Positions 1 to 9,358 of a DNA stretch of 63,047 nt are shown one piece after another. Location: positions 1 to 63,047 of the IMG/VR virus record IMGVR_UViG_3300033997_000050; one strand, 5' to 3'. Each line of letters begins with the position of its first letter. Position 1 is the stretch's first letter. Under the pieces are notes generated by a model that ran no database searches, was not told where the DNA came from, and saw nothing but the letters and a program-made list of their open reading frames with translations. Made by a program: the position numbers and the translations under genes. This DNA comes from a virus. Lineage: Duplodnaviria; Caudoviricetes.

Positions 1-127
1 GCAATTCATCTTCGCCGATGTCGACCGCCTGGGAGTCCTCCAAGAACGGATTGTCCATGTCGATCTCGCCGAGTTGATTGCTGCGAGCTTTTTTGACGAT
101 CTTCCAGTCGCTTTCCTTCTTCGCGCG
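1..127. repeat. Terminal direct repeat identical to 62921-63047 (circular assembly overlap)
   Basis: gcaattcatc...ttcgcgcg occurs at both ends. 127 bp is a typical assembler k-mer length, and the repeat falls inside a gene. Confidence 0.95.
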
Positions 128-736
128 TTCCTCGAACCACTCGATGAAAGCCTCGCATTGCTCGACGGTGATGTCCGGCAGATCGTTCGCGCGGATCGTG
201 AGCGGCCCGCCCTCGCTGATGGTCTTGCCGTCCTTGTCGACTTTCTCGTTCGGCCACTGGTACGGCCGGCCGGTATCCGGGTGAGTGTGATAGGCCACGA
301 ATTGCTGGCCGTCACCCAGGATCTCGATCTGGTGAAGGTCGCCCCATTCGTCCTGATACCTGTTCGAGCGCATCTTGCGGAAAGGGGTCTCGGTGCGGAA
401 CACAAGCAAGCGCTTCGGAGCGCGGCCAATGCGAAGTGGTGCCTCGCCGAAGATTTCACGCGCTTTTGCCTCGGCTTCGAGCGCGACTTCTTCGTTGAGA
501 ATGTCAATGTCAACCGCTGGCGTGTGTTTGGTCAGGATGCCGGCGCCGGATTGGCGATGCCCTGACGTGATCCACTCGTCGAGTTGCGGTTTAGTCGAAC
601 GCACCTTGCTCCAGCCATCGAAGCCAGGCGCTTTTTTACCAACTGCGATTGGAACGATCGAATATCCATTGTCGATCAACCGGCTACCGAGGTAAGCGAG
701 CGGGCCGCTGTTCTTCGGTGTGTATTCTTCGCTCAT
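1..736 (-). CDS. Primase, N-terminal Prim-Pol part (gene continues across the junction to 61095; about 853 aa total)
   Basis: ATG at 736 overlaps the upstream TAA. It reads MSEEYTPKNSGPLAYLGSRLIDNGYSIVPIAVGKKAPGFDGWSK...GAGILTKHTPAVDIDI, typical of bifunctional primase-polymerase N-termini, and is in frame with the 61095..62978 ORF. Confidence 0.85.
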   Translation of the reverse strand, partial: MSEEYTPKNSGPLAYLGSRLIDNGYSIVPIAVGKKAPGFDGWSKVRSTKPQLDEWITSGHRQSGAGILTKHTPAVDIDILNEEVALEAEAKAREIFGEAPLRIGRAPKRLLVFRTETPFRKMRSNRYQDEWGDLHQIEILGDGQQFVAYHTHPDTGRPYQWPNEKVDKDGKTISEGGPLTIRANDLPDITVEQCEAFIEWFEERAKKESDWKIVKKARSNQLGEIDMDNPFLEDSQAVDIGEDEL

Positions 737-1035
737 TAGAGTGACATTTCTTCGATTTCAAGAGGGTAGATGAGCCATTCGCGTTTTACGACGCTGGCGC
801 CGCACGCGCGCTCGACCTGGGCGGCGACCTTCGGCGACATTCCGCCAGCACGGATCGCGTAATGCAGGTGTTCGCGCGGCAGGCCGCAGAGATCAGCGAG
901 CGATGCGACACTACCGGCCTCGGTGCATTCGATAGACGCGCGCATCAGCATGTAGCGCATGCGACGCCGCGCCAGTTCAGCGGCGTTCGGCGCATTGCGG
1001 CCGGTGCCTTCAACCCAGGATGGGAAAGTAATCAT
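736..1035 (-). CDS. Cro/CI-like HTH DNA-binding protein
   Basis: GSVASLADLCGLPREHLHYAIRAGGMSPKVAAQVERACG HTH pattern; sits directly upstream of the primase as in Chi-like phages. Confidence 0.65.
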   Translation of the reverse strand: MITFPSWVEGTGRNAPNAAELARRRMRYMLMRASIECTEAGSVASLADLCGLPREHLHYAIRAGGMSPKVAAQVERACGASVVKREWLIYPLEIEEMSL

Positions 1036-1158
1036 TTCTTCGAGTCCTCCATGTGAAAGGTGAATAAGTGGATTAAATTATCGCACGAACGCTTGACGAA
1101 CCGCAATTGCTCATGAGAAGATACTTCCCATGCACTGATCGACGACAAAGGTGATGCG

Positions 1159-1344
1159 GTGGCAGCGGAATTCGACAAGACGAGTTTTGGGATACAGCGA
1201 CGGCTTCAGGCCGCGACGGAATTGGCCGCTACACGCCGAACCATCGTGGACCGAACAATCTTCGTGACTGACCCGGACAAGCTGGCCGCTCTGCACCGCC
1301 TCATTGCCGCAATCGACGACGTGCTGTCCACCCTTTCACATTAA
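1159..1344 (+). CDS. Hypothetical protein (61 aa)
   Basis: GTG start after an aaggtg SD-like sequence; fills the gap at the start of the rightward operon. Confidence 0.4.
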   Translation: MAAEFDKTSFGIQRRLQAATELAATRRTIVDRTIFVTDPDKLAALHRLIAAIDDVLSTLSH

Positions 1345-1356
1345 ATGGAGCATCAC

Positions 1357-1722
1357 ATGGCAATCGAAGTCCTGATCCAATCCCTGATCGAAGCACTCAA
1401 CGCGAACACCGCAGCACTGACCGGCGGCGCCGCTGCTTCGACCTCGACCGCAGCCGACAAGCCGGCCACCACCGGCAAGACCACCACCGGCAAGACCACC
1501 AAGACCACCACCCCGAAAGGTCCGACCCGCGAGGAAGTCGTCGCGCTGCTGACCAAGATCAAGGACGAGCGCGGCGCCGCCGAAGCCAAGCCGCTGATCG
1601 AAGCCGCTGGCGTGAAGAAGATGGCCGAGATCCCGGACGACAAGCTGAAGTCGGTGTTCGACGCTGCGACCGCGCTGCTGGCTGGCGAGCCGGATGGTGG
1701 CGAAGACGACGGCGACCTGTAA
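1357..1722 (+). CDS. Conserved phage replication-module protein with Thr/Ala-rich linker and helical C-terminal domain
   Basis: SD ggag before ATG 1357; TTGKT repeats; usual position upstream of the DUF2800/DUF2815 genes; ends EDDGDL. Confidence 0.75.
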   Translation: MAIEVLIQSLIEALNANTAALTGGAAASTSTAADKPATTGKTTTGKTTKTTTPKGPTREEVVALLTKIKDERGAAEAKPLIEAAGVKKMAEIPDDKLKSVFDAATALLAGEPDGGEDDGDL

Positions 1723-1734
1723 TAGCTGATCGGC

Positions 1735-2238
1735 ATGCTGAAGCACTCCCGGCTTTTGGAAGTTCTGCATTACGACCCGTTGTCGGGGGTCTTCACATGG
1801 CGCGTTCGTCGCGGCGGTTCAGCGATCATCGGATCGGTCGCTGGCGGTTTAAATTCCGACGGATATTTGCAGATCAAAATTGATCGGGTTCTGTACAAGG
1901 CTCATCGCCTTGCCTGGTTTTACGTAAAAGGCGTGATGCCTGGCGTCGATGTTGAGATTGACCATAGGAACCGCATCAGAACAGACAACAAGTTCTCCAA
2001 TTTGAGGGAGGCTGATGAGAGTGAGACCGCTTGTAATCGCAGTATTCGGTCCGACAACTCAAGCGGCGTGCCTGGTGTGAATTGGAACGTAGAATTCGGT
2101 AAATGGCGAGTGCGTATTCAGAAGAATGGCAAACGCGTCCTGATTGGGGACTTTGCGGATTTCGACGAAGCTGTCACCGCAAGGGAAATAGCTGTAAATG
2201 CTTGGCACGGCAAATTTGCAGGGGAGTTGCGAGCATGA
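1735..2238 (+). CDS. HNH homing endonuclease with AP2-like C-terminal domain
   Basis: YDPLSGVFTW, HRLAWFY, IDHRNRIRTDNKFSNLREA, and NSSGVPGVNW...KWRVRI. Confidence 0.9.
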   Translation: MLKHSRLLEVLHYDPLSGVFTWRVRRGGSAIIGSVAGGLNSDGYLQIKIDRVLYKAHRLAWFYVKGVMPGVDVEIDHRNRIRTDNKFSNLREADESETACNRSIRSDNSSGVPGVNWNVEFGKWRVRIQKNGKRVLIGDFADFDEAVTAREIAVNAWHGKFAGELRA

Positions 2239-3533
2239 CGGAGCATAGCTTTACCCTTGCCGACATGCGTGCAGCGATGCAGCGCATTGTCGACGGTGGG
2301 CACTCGGTCTTTTCACCGTCAGGTTCACCCATGTGGTTGAACTGCGCAGGCTCGCTGATCCCGAACCTTTTTGCTGAAGACGACTCGGGCGAGGACGCAG
2401 CTTACGGAAGCGTGGCTCACATGGTCGGCGAGACCTGGCTGAAAACTCGCACGAGACCGAACCACCTGCTCGGGACGCGGCATTTTGTGCAGGCCGGCGA
2501 GTGGGGATACTTCATCACCGTCGACGAGTCGATGATGGAGTACGTGAAGCGGTATGTCGACTGGTGCAGATTTCTACCAGGCGACCACCACGTTGAAACG
2601 CGGGTCGACTTCTCGCAACTGACGCCGATCCCGAATCAAGGCGGCACGGCCGATCACGCTGCATGCACGTGGCAGCGAATGGTCATCACCGACCTGAAGA
2701 TGGGTAAAGGTGTTCGGGTCTACGCGAAGGACAACAGCCAGGCATTGCTCTACGCGCTTGGCTTTTTTTACGCATGGGATTGGCTCTACGACTTCCAGGA
2801 GATCGTGGTGCGGATCGCGCAGCCGAGACTGGACGTGTTCGAGGAATGGACGGTGGATCGTGCTTATCTACTCAAGTTCGCCGAGTACGTCAGGGAACGC
2901 GCAGCGGCGGCATGGGTGCAGAATGCACCTCGCACGCCGAGCGAAAAAGCCTGCATGTGGTGCAAGATCCAGGCCACATGTGCAGCGAAGGCGAAAGCCT
3001 TGATCGACCTGACAGGCGGTGCGTTCGACGAGTTTGAGCAGGAAGTGAGCAATGCCGATATGGCAGAGTTCCGCCAGGACTTGAACGATGCGAAGGCGCC
3101 AATCGTGGCCGACATCGCGACGCTGACGACGTTGGAAATGGAAAAGCTGTACGGCTGGCGTTCGACAGTCGAGAGGTTCTTCAAAAAGGTGGGCGAGGAA
3201 CTGGAAAAACGAGCAAGGGACGGCGAGAGGTTGAAGCTGTTCAAAACCGTGGAAGGCCGGGTCCATCGGGTCTTCCGCAACAAGGAAAAGGCGATTGCAG
3301 CACTGGTCGCCCTGGGCCTGAGTCGGGAAGATCTGCTCTCGGAAGAGTTGGTCAGTCCGGCGAAGGCGGAAGAGTTGCTGAAGGCGGAAGGCTACAAGTC
3401 GAAAGACCTGAAAGATCTGCTGAAAGACCTGGTGTTCAAGCCGCCCGGTCGCGCAACCCTGGCGCCGCTCAAAGACGGCCGGCCTGCACTGGCGGACGCC
3501 TACGACGACGCTTTTAGCGAATTTAGCGAGTGA
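2235..3533 (+). CDS. Cas4-like PD-(D/E)xK exonuclease (DUF2800 family)
   Basis: HSVFSPSGSPMWLNCAGS, GTADH, ITDLKMGKGVRV, QALLYALG, QPRL and CMWC motifs; ATG 2235 overlaps the HNH stop. Confidence 0.85.
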   Translation: MTEHSFTLADMRAAMQRIVDGGHSVFSPSGSPMWLNCAGSLIPNLFAEDDSGEDAAYGSVAHMVGETWLKTRTRPNHLLGTRHFVQAGEWGYFITVDESMMEYVKRYVDWCRFLPGDHHVETRVDFSQLTPIPNQGGTADHAACTWQRMVITDLKMGKGVRVYAKDNSQALLYALGFFYAWDWLYDFQEIVVRIAQPRLDVFEEWTVDRAYLLKFAEYVRERAAAAWVQNAPRTPSEKACMWCKIQATCAAKAKALIDLTGGAFDEFEQEVSNADMAEFRQDLNDAKAPIVADIATLTTLEMEKLYGWRSTVERFFKKVGEELEKRARDGERLKLFKTVEGRVHRVFRNKEKAIAALVALGLSREDLLSEELVSPAKAEELLKAEGYKSKDLKDLLKDLVFKPPGRATLAPLKDGRPALADAYDDAFSEFSE

Positions 3534-3574
3534 TCGTTAATCCGATTTATTTCATAAACTACGAAGGAATCAAC

Positions 3575-4216
3575 ATGTCAGCATTGACCATCAAAGAGCG
3601 CGGCAAGAACTTCATCATCTACAACGAAGGCGTGATCCGCATCGACAACGTTCGCTTCTCCTACCCTCACGTCGACAAGCCGTGGAAGAAGGAAAGTGAC
3701 AAGGGCACGCCGAAGTACGGCATCGTCGGTCTGATGCCGAAAGAAACGCACGAAGACGCGAAGAAGGCCATCGCGAAGATCATGAAGCAACTCGCGACCG
3801 ATGCGAAAATCACCGTCGCATCGGACAAGAAATTCCTGCGTGACGGCGACGCAAACAGTGGCATGGAAGACGAGGACGCCGATAAGTCCGAGAACACCTA
3901 CGCAGGCATGTACTTCGTCAGCGCTCGCGAGACCAACCGTCCGACGCTGCGTGACCAGTACGGTAAGAAGCTCGATCCGGTCGACGACGCAGAGAAGATC
4001 CTGGAACTGTTCTACGGTGGCGCCTGGGGCCACATCCTGATCCGCCCATGGGTGCAGAATAACGAACACGGCAAGCGCATCAACGCTGGCTTCGTGGGCG
4101 CAATGTTCAGCAAGGACGACAAGGCGTTCGGCCAGGGTCGTATCGATGATTCCGGCGCATGGGGTGATATCGCTGAAGGTGGCGGTGAAGATCCCGAAGA
4201 TGACGAAGACCTGTAA
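3575..4216 (+). CDS. ssDNA-binding protein (DUF2815, T7 gp2.5-like)
   Basis: IRIDNVRFSYPH, FLRDGD and FYGG...W motifs; acidic tail EDPEDDEDL; SD gaagga before ATG 3575. Confidence 0.85.
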   Translation: MSALTIKERGKNFIIYNEGVIRIDNVRFSYPHVDKPWKKESDKGTPKYGIVGLMPKETHEDAKKAIAKIMKQLATDAKITVASDKKFLRDGDANSGMEDEDADKSENTYAGMYFVSARETNRPTLRDQYGKKLDPVDDAEKILELFYGGAWGHILIRPWVQNNEHGKRINAGFVGAMFSKDDKAFGQGRIDDSGAWGDIAEGGGEDPEDDEDL

Positions 4217-4234
4217 TCCCTAGCAGCACCCGCG

Positions 4235-4266
4235 ACGCCGCAGACTGACAACCTGCGGCGTTGTTT
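4235..4266 (+). terminator. Possible intrinsic terminator or attenuator between SSB and polymerase
   Basis: Stem acgccgcag/ctgcggcgt followed by tgttt. Confidence 0.45.
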
Positions 4267-4288
4267 CGTTCAGAGACCGGAAAACATT

Positions 4289-6481
4289 ATGGCGAAAAGA
4301 GACTACCGCGAGAAGCGGCCCGAGGCGGTGTGCGACACCGAGTGCTATCGCGACTACTGGAGCATCGGCTTCAAGAACATCGAGACCGGCAAAAAGATCA
4401 TCATCGAAAAATACGCCGGCCTGGCGCTGGACACGAAGAGGATCGCCAAGATCTTCCGCAAGTTTCGCATCTACACCTTCAACGGCATCGGCTACGACAT
4501 GCCGATGATCGCGCTGGCGATGGCCGGGGCCAGCAATGAAAAGTTGAAGGAAGCCAGCGACGACATCATTCAATACGGCACCCGCGCGTGGAAGTTCTAC
4601 GACAAATACGGCGTGTCCCTCCCACCATACATCGACCACGTTGACCTGATCGAAGTGGCGCCGGGCGTGAAGCTGTCGCTGAAGAAGTATGGCGCGCGCA
4701 TGAACATGAAGAAGCTCCAAGAACTCCCCATCGAGCCGAGCGAGTTGATCGGCGCCGCGCGCCGGCCGCTGATGCGCATGTACCTGGGTAATGACCTCGA
4801 CACCACCGAAGCCCTGGTCAAAGGTCTGCACGAAGAGATCGACATTCGCAACGAGATCAGCGCCGAATACGGCATCGACGTGCGCTCGAAGTCGGATGCG
4901 CAGATCGCCGAGACCCTGCTGGGCCACGAGGTCGAGAAGGCCACCGGCTACAAGCCGGACAAGCCCGAGGTGAAGACCTTCTCGTTCAAGTACACGCCGC
5001 CCGCGTTCATCAAGTTCAAGACGCCGCTGCTCCAGCACGCGCTCGAAGTGGTGCTGGCAACGCGCTTCTTCGTCAGCGGCGAACCAGATCCGCCAGGCGC
5101 GAAGAAGGGCAAGAAAAACTACGGCGTGGTGCGACTGCCGCAAGCGATCAAAGACCTGAACGCGAACCTGCGCATCGGCTTCACCGATTACAAGCTGGGT
5201 ATCGGTGGCCTGCACTCCCAGGAGAAGCGCCGCTCGTATATCGCCGATGAAGACAACCTGATCGAAGATCGCGACGTGCGAGCGTACTATCCGCGCATCA
5301 TGCTCGGCTCGGGCTATGCGCCGGTCGCGGTCGGCAAGCAGTTCGTGCCGATCTTCCAGCGCTTCGTGGATCTGCGCGACGTGTACAAGGCCCAGGCCGC
5401 GAAACTGAAGAAGGCCGGCGCCATGGAGAAATCCATGGTCTACAAAAAGCGCTCCGACACCTTTAAGATTGTGAACAACGGCCTGTACGGAAAACTTGGC
5501 TCGCCGTATTCCATCGTGTACGCGCCTCAGATGATGATCGCGACGACGATGACCGGGCAGTTCTCGCTGCTGATGCTGATCGAGGAACTGCACCTGAACG
5601 GATTCAACGTGATCTCGGCCAACACGGACGGCATCGTGACCGTGATCCCGCGCGACCGCTATGGTGAATTCGCCAGCATCGTGTTCGACTGGGAAATGGC
5701 GACATCGTTCTCGACCGAAGCCGTGCGCTACCTGGGCGTGTACAACCGCGATGTGAACAGCTACGTGGCCGTGGTCGAAGATGAGAAAGCGCCGGGCCAG
5801 GTCAAGATCGTCGACGACAAGCCCGAGGTGAAGCGCAAAGGCGTGTTCGCGAAGGCCGGCCTGCAAGCCAAGCACGACCCGACGTTCGACATTTGCTCGA
5901 CCGCCGTGATCGAATATCTGCTGCACGGCACCGACATCGAAGAGACCATCTACGACTGCACCGACATCACGCAGTTCATCGGCGTTAAGCAGGTGGGCCT
6001 GTCGACCTTGGCCGATGGATCGAAGAAGGCGGGCGGCTATAAGGACGGCGAGTACCTGGGCAAGATGGTCCGCTGGTACTACGGCGAAGGCGAGCGCGGC
6101 TTCATCGCGAAAGCGAACGGCGCCCGCGTGGCCGGCACCACTGGCGCGGTTCCCTGCATGGATCTGCCCGACGAATTCCCCGACGACGTGGATCATCAAT
6201 GGTACGTGCGTGAAGCCTACGCTCGCCTCGACGATATTGGCCTTAGCACCAAGAATCCGAAGCTGGTCGGCCGGCAGGGATACCGCGCCGCCGTGCTGCC
6301 GAAGCAGAAGACCGCGCACATCATCGACCTCCAGACCGACACGTCGCTGTGCGGCAAAAAGGCGAAGAACGTGCGCGAGCCGTGGGAGGAACTGAAGCAC
6401 GTACCGAAGGACATGCGGATCTGCAAGGCGTGCCAGGAAGAACGCGGCTACGTGGACGAAGAGGACGACGATGACGACTAA
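4289..6481 (+). CDS. DNA polymerase, family B-like, with 3'-5' exonuclease
   Basis: Exonuclease motifs DTECY, FNGIGYD, YLGND; polymerase motifs DVRAYYPRIM, KIVNNGLYGK, SANTDG. Confidence 0.85.
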   Translation: MAKRDYREKRPEAVCDTECYRDYWSIGFKNIETGKKIIIEKYAGLALDTKRIAKIFRKFRIYTFNGIGYDMPMIALAMAGASNEKLKEASDDIIQYGTRAWKFYDKYGVSLPPYIDHVDLIEVAPGVKLSLKKYGARMNMKKLQELPIEPSELIGAARRPLMRMYLGNDLDTTEALVKGLHEEIDIRNEISAEYGIDVRSKSDAQIAETLLGHEVEKATGYKPDKPEVKTFSFKYTPPAFIKFKTPLLQHALEVVLATRFFVSGEPDPPGAKKGKKNYGVVRLPQAIKDLNANLRIGFTDYKLGIGGLHSQEKRRSYIADEDNLIEDRDVRAYYPRIMLGSGYAPVAVGKQFVPIFQRFVDLRDVYKAQAAKLKKAGAMEKSMVYKKRSDTFKIVNNGLYGKLGSPYSIVYAPQMMIATTMTGQFSLLMLIEELHLNGFNVISANTDGIVTVIPRDRYGEFASIVFDWEMATSFSTEAVRYLGVYNRDVNSYVAVVEDEKAPGQVKIVDDKPEVKRKGVFAKAGLQAKHDPTFDICSTAVIEYLLHGTDIEETIYDCTDITQFIGVKQVGLSTLADGSKKAGGYKDGEYLGKMVRWYYGEGERGFIAKANGARVAGTTGAVPCMDLPDEFPDDVDHQWYVREAYARLDDIGLSTKNPKLVGRQGYRAAVLPKQKTAHIIDLQTDTSLCGKKAKNVREPWEELKHVPKDMRICKACQEERGYVDEEDDDDD

Positions 6482-6761
6482 ACCGAACCGCCTCGAAAGC
6501 GACAACACCAGCGACGCGCACAAGTACGCCGAGCGGCGCGGCTGGTTCACGTTCAAGGTCGAGTCGCCGACACTCAACGGCCTGCCGGATCGCTGCTATA
6601 TCCGCCGTGGCCGCGTCGTATGGGTTGAGTGGAAACGGCCGGGTCGCGGCGAGAGCGGTCTGTCACCGATCCAGGTTGTGCGAATCAGGGAAATGCGCGC
6701 GCACGGCGCCGAGGTGTACGTGCTCGACGACATGGCCGAATTTATGGAGTTGATGAAATGA
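6471..6761 (+). CDS. VRR-NUC domain nuclease
   Basis: GLPDR...WVEWKRPG...LSPIQ...GAEVYVLD; lies between polymerase and helicase. Confidence 0.85.
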   Translation: MTTKPNRLESDNTSDAHKYAERRGWFTFKVESPTLNGLPDRCYIRRGRVVWVEWKRPGRGESGLSPIQVVRIREMRAHGAEVYVLDDMAEFMELMK

Positions 6762-8488
6762 CGAGAATGGTTGCGAGCGAAATCGCCGCATGGTTGAAGG
6801 AGAAGTTCGCAGACGTGGTGCTGGAACGTGACCAGATGCACACCTACCAGCAGACCGGCCTGGACTTCATGAAGAAGAACCCGTACTCGGCTCTGTTCAT
6901 CGACATGGGCCTGGGTAAAACGGTCACGTCGGCGACGCTGATCGCGGATCTGCTGGCGGATCTCGACTACGAGGGTAAAGTGCTCATCATCGGGCCGCTG
7001 CGCGTCGCCACGCAGACCTGGCCGGACGAGTTCAGGAAATGGAGGCACCTTGCGCACCTGAACCTGTCGGTAATCCACGTCGACGACGACGACCCGCGCC
7101 TCAAGGAAGCCGCAACAAGGGGTCGTGAAGCCGGTCGCGCGAGCAGTTCTGGTCTGTTCCAGTCCGAGAAGGCAAAAGACGCGCAGCAGGGCGCTACGCG
7201 CGCCGTAGCAGCAGAACGAGAGAAGATCCGCATCGAAGCGACGATGGCCGGCGCCTCGGTCCACGTCATCAGCAGCGATTGGGTCGAATGGCTCGTTCAA
7301 TACTGGCATCCGAACTCGGGCCGCAAGTGGCCGTACCGCACCATCATCATCGACGAGTCGAGCCAGTTCAAGAACCACAATTCCACGCGCTTCAAAGCGC
7401 TGCAAGCCGTGCGCGACACGCCCGGCGCGATTACCCGCATGCACCTGCTCACCGCAACGCCGGCAGCGGAAAGCTACCTTCATCTGTTCCCGCAAATTTA
7501 CCTGCTGGATCGTGGCGCGCGCCTCGGCCGCAACATCACCGCATACCGCGACCGGTACTTCAAAGAGAACAAGTACAGCCGCAAATGGGTTCTGCGGCCG
7601 GACGCCGAGAAGGAGATCATCGCGAAGATCTCAGACGTGTGCCTGGTCATGAAGGAAGAGGACTACCTGCCGCGCGTGCCGCCAGTGTTCGTGACGCGCG
7701 AGGTCCGCATGACGGACCACCAGCGCACCCTGTACATGAAGATGGAGCAGGACATGGTGGTGACGCTCGACGACGGCAGCGAGGTAACGGCGGATACCGC
7801 TGCGGCGCTGTCGGCGAAGCTGCTGCAAATGGCGTCGGGCGTGCTGTACGAGACCGAGTTGAAACCGGGGCAGACCGAGGACGACGATTTCGTCAAGATC
7901 AAGAAGGTCCACCAGATCCACACGCACAAGTTGGAAATGCTGGATCAGATCATCGAAGAGGCGCAGGGCAAGCCGATCCTGGTCGGCTACAGTCACCGCT
8001 CGTCGAAGGACCGACTGCGGCAGCGCTACGGCGAGAAGATCACGTTCATGGACGCTGACGGCAAGTGCGTGAAGCCCTGGAACGGAGGGAAGATTCCGAT
8101 TCTCGCGATGCACCCGAAGTCGGGCGGTCACGGCCTGAACCTGCAAGTCGGTGGACACATCATCGTGTGGTACGACATTCCGTGGTCGCTGGAACTGTAT
8201 AAACAGTTTATCGGCCGGCTCGCACGGCAGGGCCAGAAGCACCGCGTCAGCGTGTTCTCTATCGTGTGCGCCGACACGCTCGACGAGGTGGTGGTGAAGG
8301 CGCTGCTGGCGAAGGACGACGCGCAGGATATGCTGTTCCGCCTGCTCAAGCGCATGCGGAAGAAGCTGCGCAAGCTGCTCAAAGGGCGCAAGGCCGCAAA
8401 GCCGGGCGACGCCGAGTGGGATGCCGTGGTCGAGGTTCTGTCCGACACGAGTGCGGTGCCGGACGATGAGGACGACGACGAACTTTGA
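6758..8488 (+). CDS. SNF2-like superfamily 2 DNA helicase
   Basis: HTYQ Q-motif, DMGLGKT, IIDESS, LTATP, GHGLNLQ, QFIGRLARQGQ; ATG 6758 overlaps the VRR-NUC stop. Confidence 0.9.
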   Translation: MTRMVASEIAAWLKEKFADVVLERDQMHTYQQTGLDFMKKNPYSALFIDMGLGKTVTSATLIADLLADLDYEGKVLIIGPLRVATQTWPDEFRKWRHLAHLNLSVIHVDDDDPRLKEAATRGREAGRASSSGLFQSEKAKDAQQGATRAVAAEREKIRIEATMAGASVHVISSDWVEWLVQYWHPNSGRKWPYRTIIIDESSQFKNHNSTRFKALQAVRDTPGAITRMHLLTATPAAESYLHLFPQIYLLDRGARLGRNITAYRDRYFKENKYSRKWVLRPDAEKEIIAKISDVCLVMKEEDYLPRVPPVFVTREVRMTDHQRTLYMKMEQDMVVTLDDGSEVTADTAAALSAKLLQMASGVLYETELKPGQTEDDDFVKIKKVHQIHTHKLEMLDQIIEEAQGKPILVGYSHRSSKDRLRQRYGEKITFMDADGKCVKPWNGGKIPILAMHPKSGGHGLNLQVGGHIIVWYDIPWSLELYKQFIGRLARQGQKHRVSVFSIVCADTLDEVVVKALLAKDDAQDMLFRLLKRMRKKLRKLLKGRKAAKPGDAEWDAVVEVLSDTSAVPDDEDDDEL

Positions 8489-8535
8489 CAAGCCGGGGAT
8501 TTTGATGATCCTCGTGTAGTATCCCGAGCTATTCA

Positions 8536-8778
8536 ATGGATAGCGCGGGAAAAATGACAGAACTGAAAATTCTCACGGACTTCGAGGCCATGATTGGTCT
8601 CGATCCTCCGCAGGCTTGCCGGGTGATCGGCATCGCCTATTCCACCTACGCGGCCTATCGTAATTGCAGCCGCCCGCTTCAACCCTACCACCTGAACCAC
8701 ATCGAGGTCATCGGCATGCTGTCGGGCCGCGCCCTCACACGACTTATCGACGAGCGAATCAATGGCAAAAGCAACTGA
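8536..8778 (+). CDS. Small HTH protein upstream of the terminase
   Basis: GLDPPQACRVIGIAYSTYAAYRN is an XRE-type HTH pattern. Confidence 0.6.
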   Translation: MDSAGKMTELKILTDFEAMIGLDPPQACRVIGIAYSTYAAYRNCSRPLQPYHLNHIEVIGMLSGRALTRLIDERINGKSN

Positions 8779-9358
8779 ACGAACTGACGAAATCACCAAG
8801 GCCATCATCTATGACGGCGCGAACTTGTCGCAACTAGGCTCGCTGTTCCGCATGGATCACCGCGTCCTGGTTGAGAAGCTGACGAAGGGCGGCTGCAAGC
8901 CAGTGGGTACGCGCAACGGCGTCGACATCTATGCGGTCCACGAAGTCGCCCCGTACCTGGTCAAGCCGGCCTACGACATCGAGGAATACCTGAAGCGGAT
9001 GCACCACAACGATCTGCCGAAGCACCTGACGAAAGAGTTTTGGGCCGGCCTGCGCTCCCGCCAAGAGTATGAGCAGAAGGAGGGCAACTTGTGGCCGACA
9101 TCGCGCGTGGTCGAGGTCATGGGCGGTGTGATGAAGCTGATTAAGATGAGCGCGCGCCTGATGAGCGACCAGGTGGATCGCCAGGCCGAATTGAGCGACC
9201 GCCAGCGGCAGATCGTGCGCTCGCAATGCGACGGCATGCTCGAAGAGGCGTACCGCACAATCCTCGAAGCGTTCTCGTCGGCGCCGACGAACATGGGCGT
9301 GATCGAGAAATCGGAAGCCATGGTGGCAAAAGTGCAGGAGGACGAAGATGAACTTTAA
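8762..9358 (+). CDS. terS: Terminase small subunit (DUF1441-like)
   Basis: N-terminal wHTH-like region and DLPKHLTKEFWAG...GNLWPT motif; immediately upstream of TerL. Confidence 0.8.
   Translation: MAKATERTDEITKAIIYDGANLSQLGSLFRMDHRVLVEKLTKGGCKPVGTRNGVDIYAVHEVAPYLVKPAYDIEEYLKRMHHNDLPKHLTKEFWAGLRSRQEYEQKEGNLWPTSRVVEVMGGVMKLIKMSARLMSDQVDRQAELSDRQRQIVRSQCDGMLEEAYRTILEAFSSAPTNMGVIEKSEAMVAKVQEDEDEL

Noticed and set aside
736-1344. Lysogeny switch
   Set aside because: Only a single Cro-like gene is present; I recognised no integrase, excisionase, partition genes or CI with a peptidase domain.
2235-3533. Cas4-like nuclease as evidence for a CRISPR system
   Set aside because: There are no other cas genes and no regularly spaced repeat-spacer array; DUF2800 exonucleases are standard in this replication module.
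4220-6577. Long antisense ORFs (785 aa here, 771 aa at 29749, 522 aa at 27446 and others)
   Set aside because: They are shadows of high-GC3 coding on the opposite strand, with no SD sites or recognisable motifs.
8462-8488. DDEL tag as a eukaryotic ER-retention (KDEL/HDEL) signal
   Set aside because: The genome is a bacteriophage and the tagged proteins are cytoplasmic with no signal peptides; the resemblance is probably convergent.
8485-8535. TTGACA at the helicase stop as a late promoter
   Set aside because: There is no acceptable -10 at 16-18 bp spacing and no match to the 19-bp operator.
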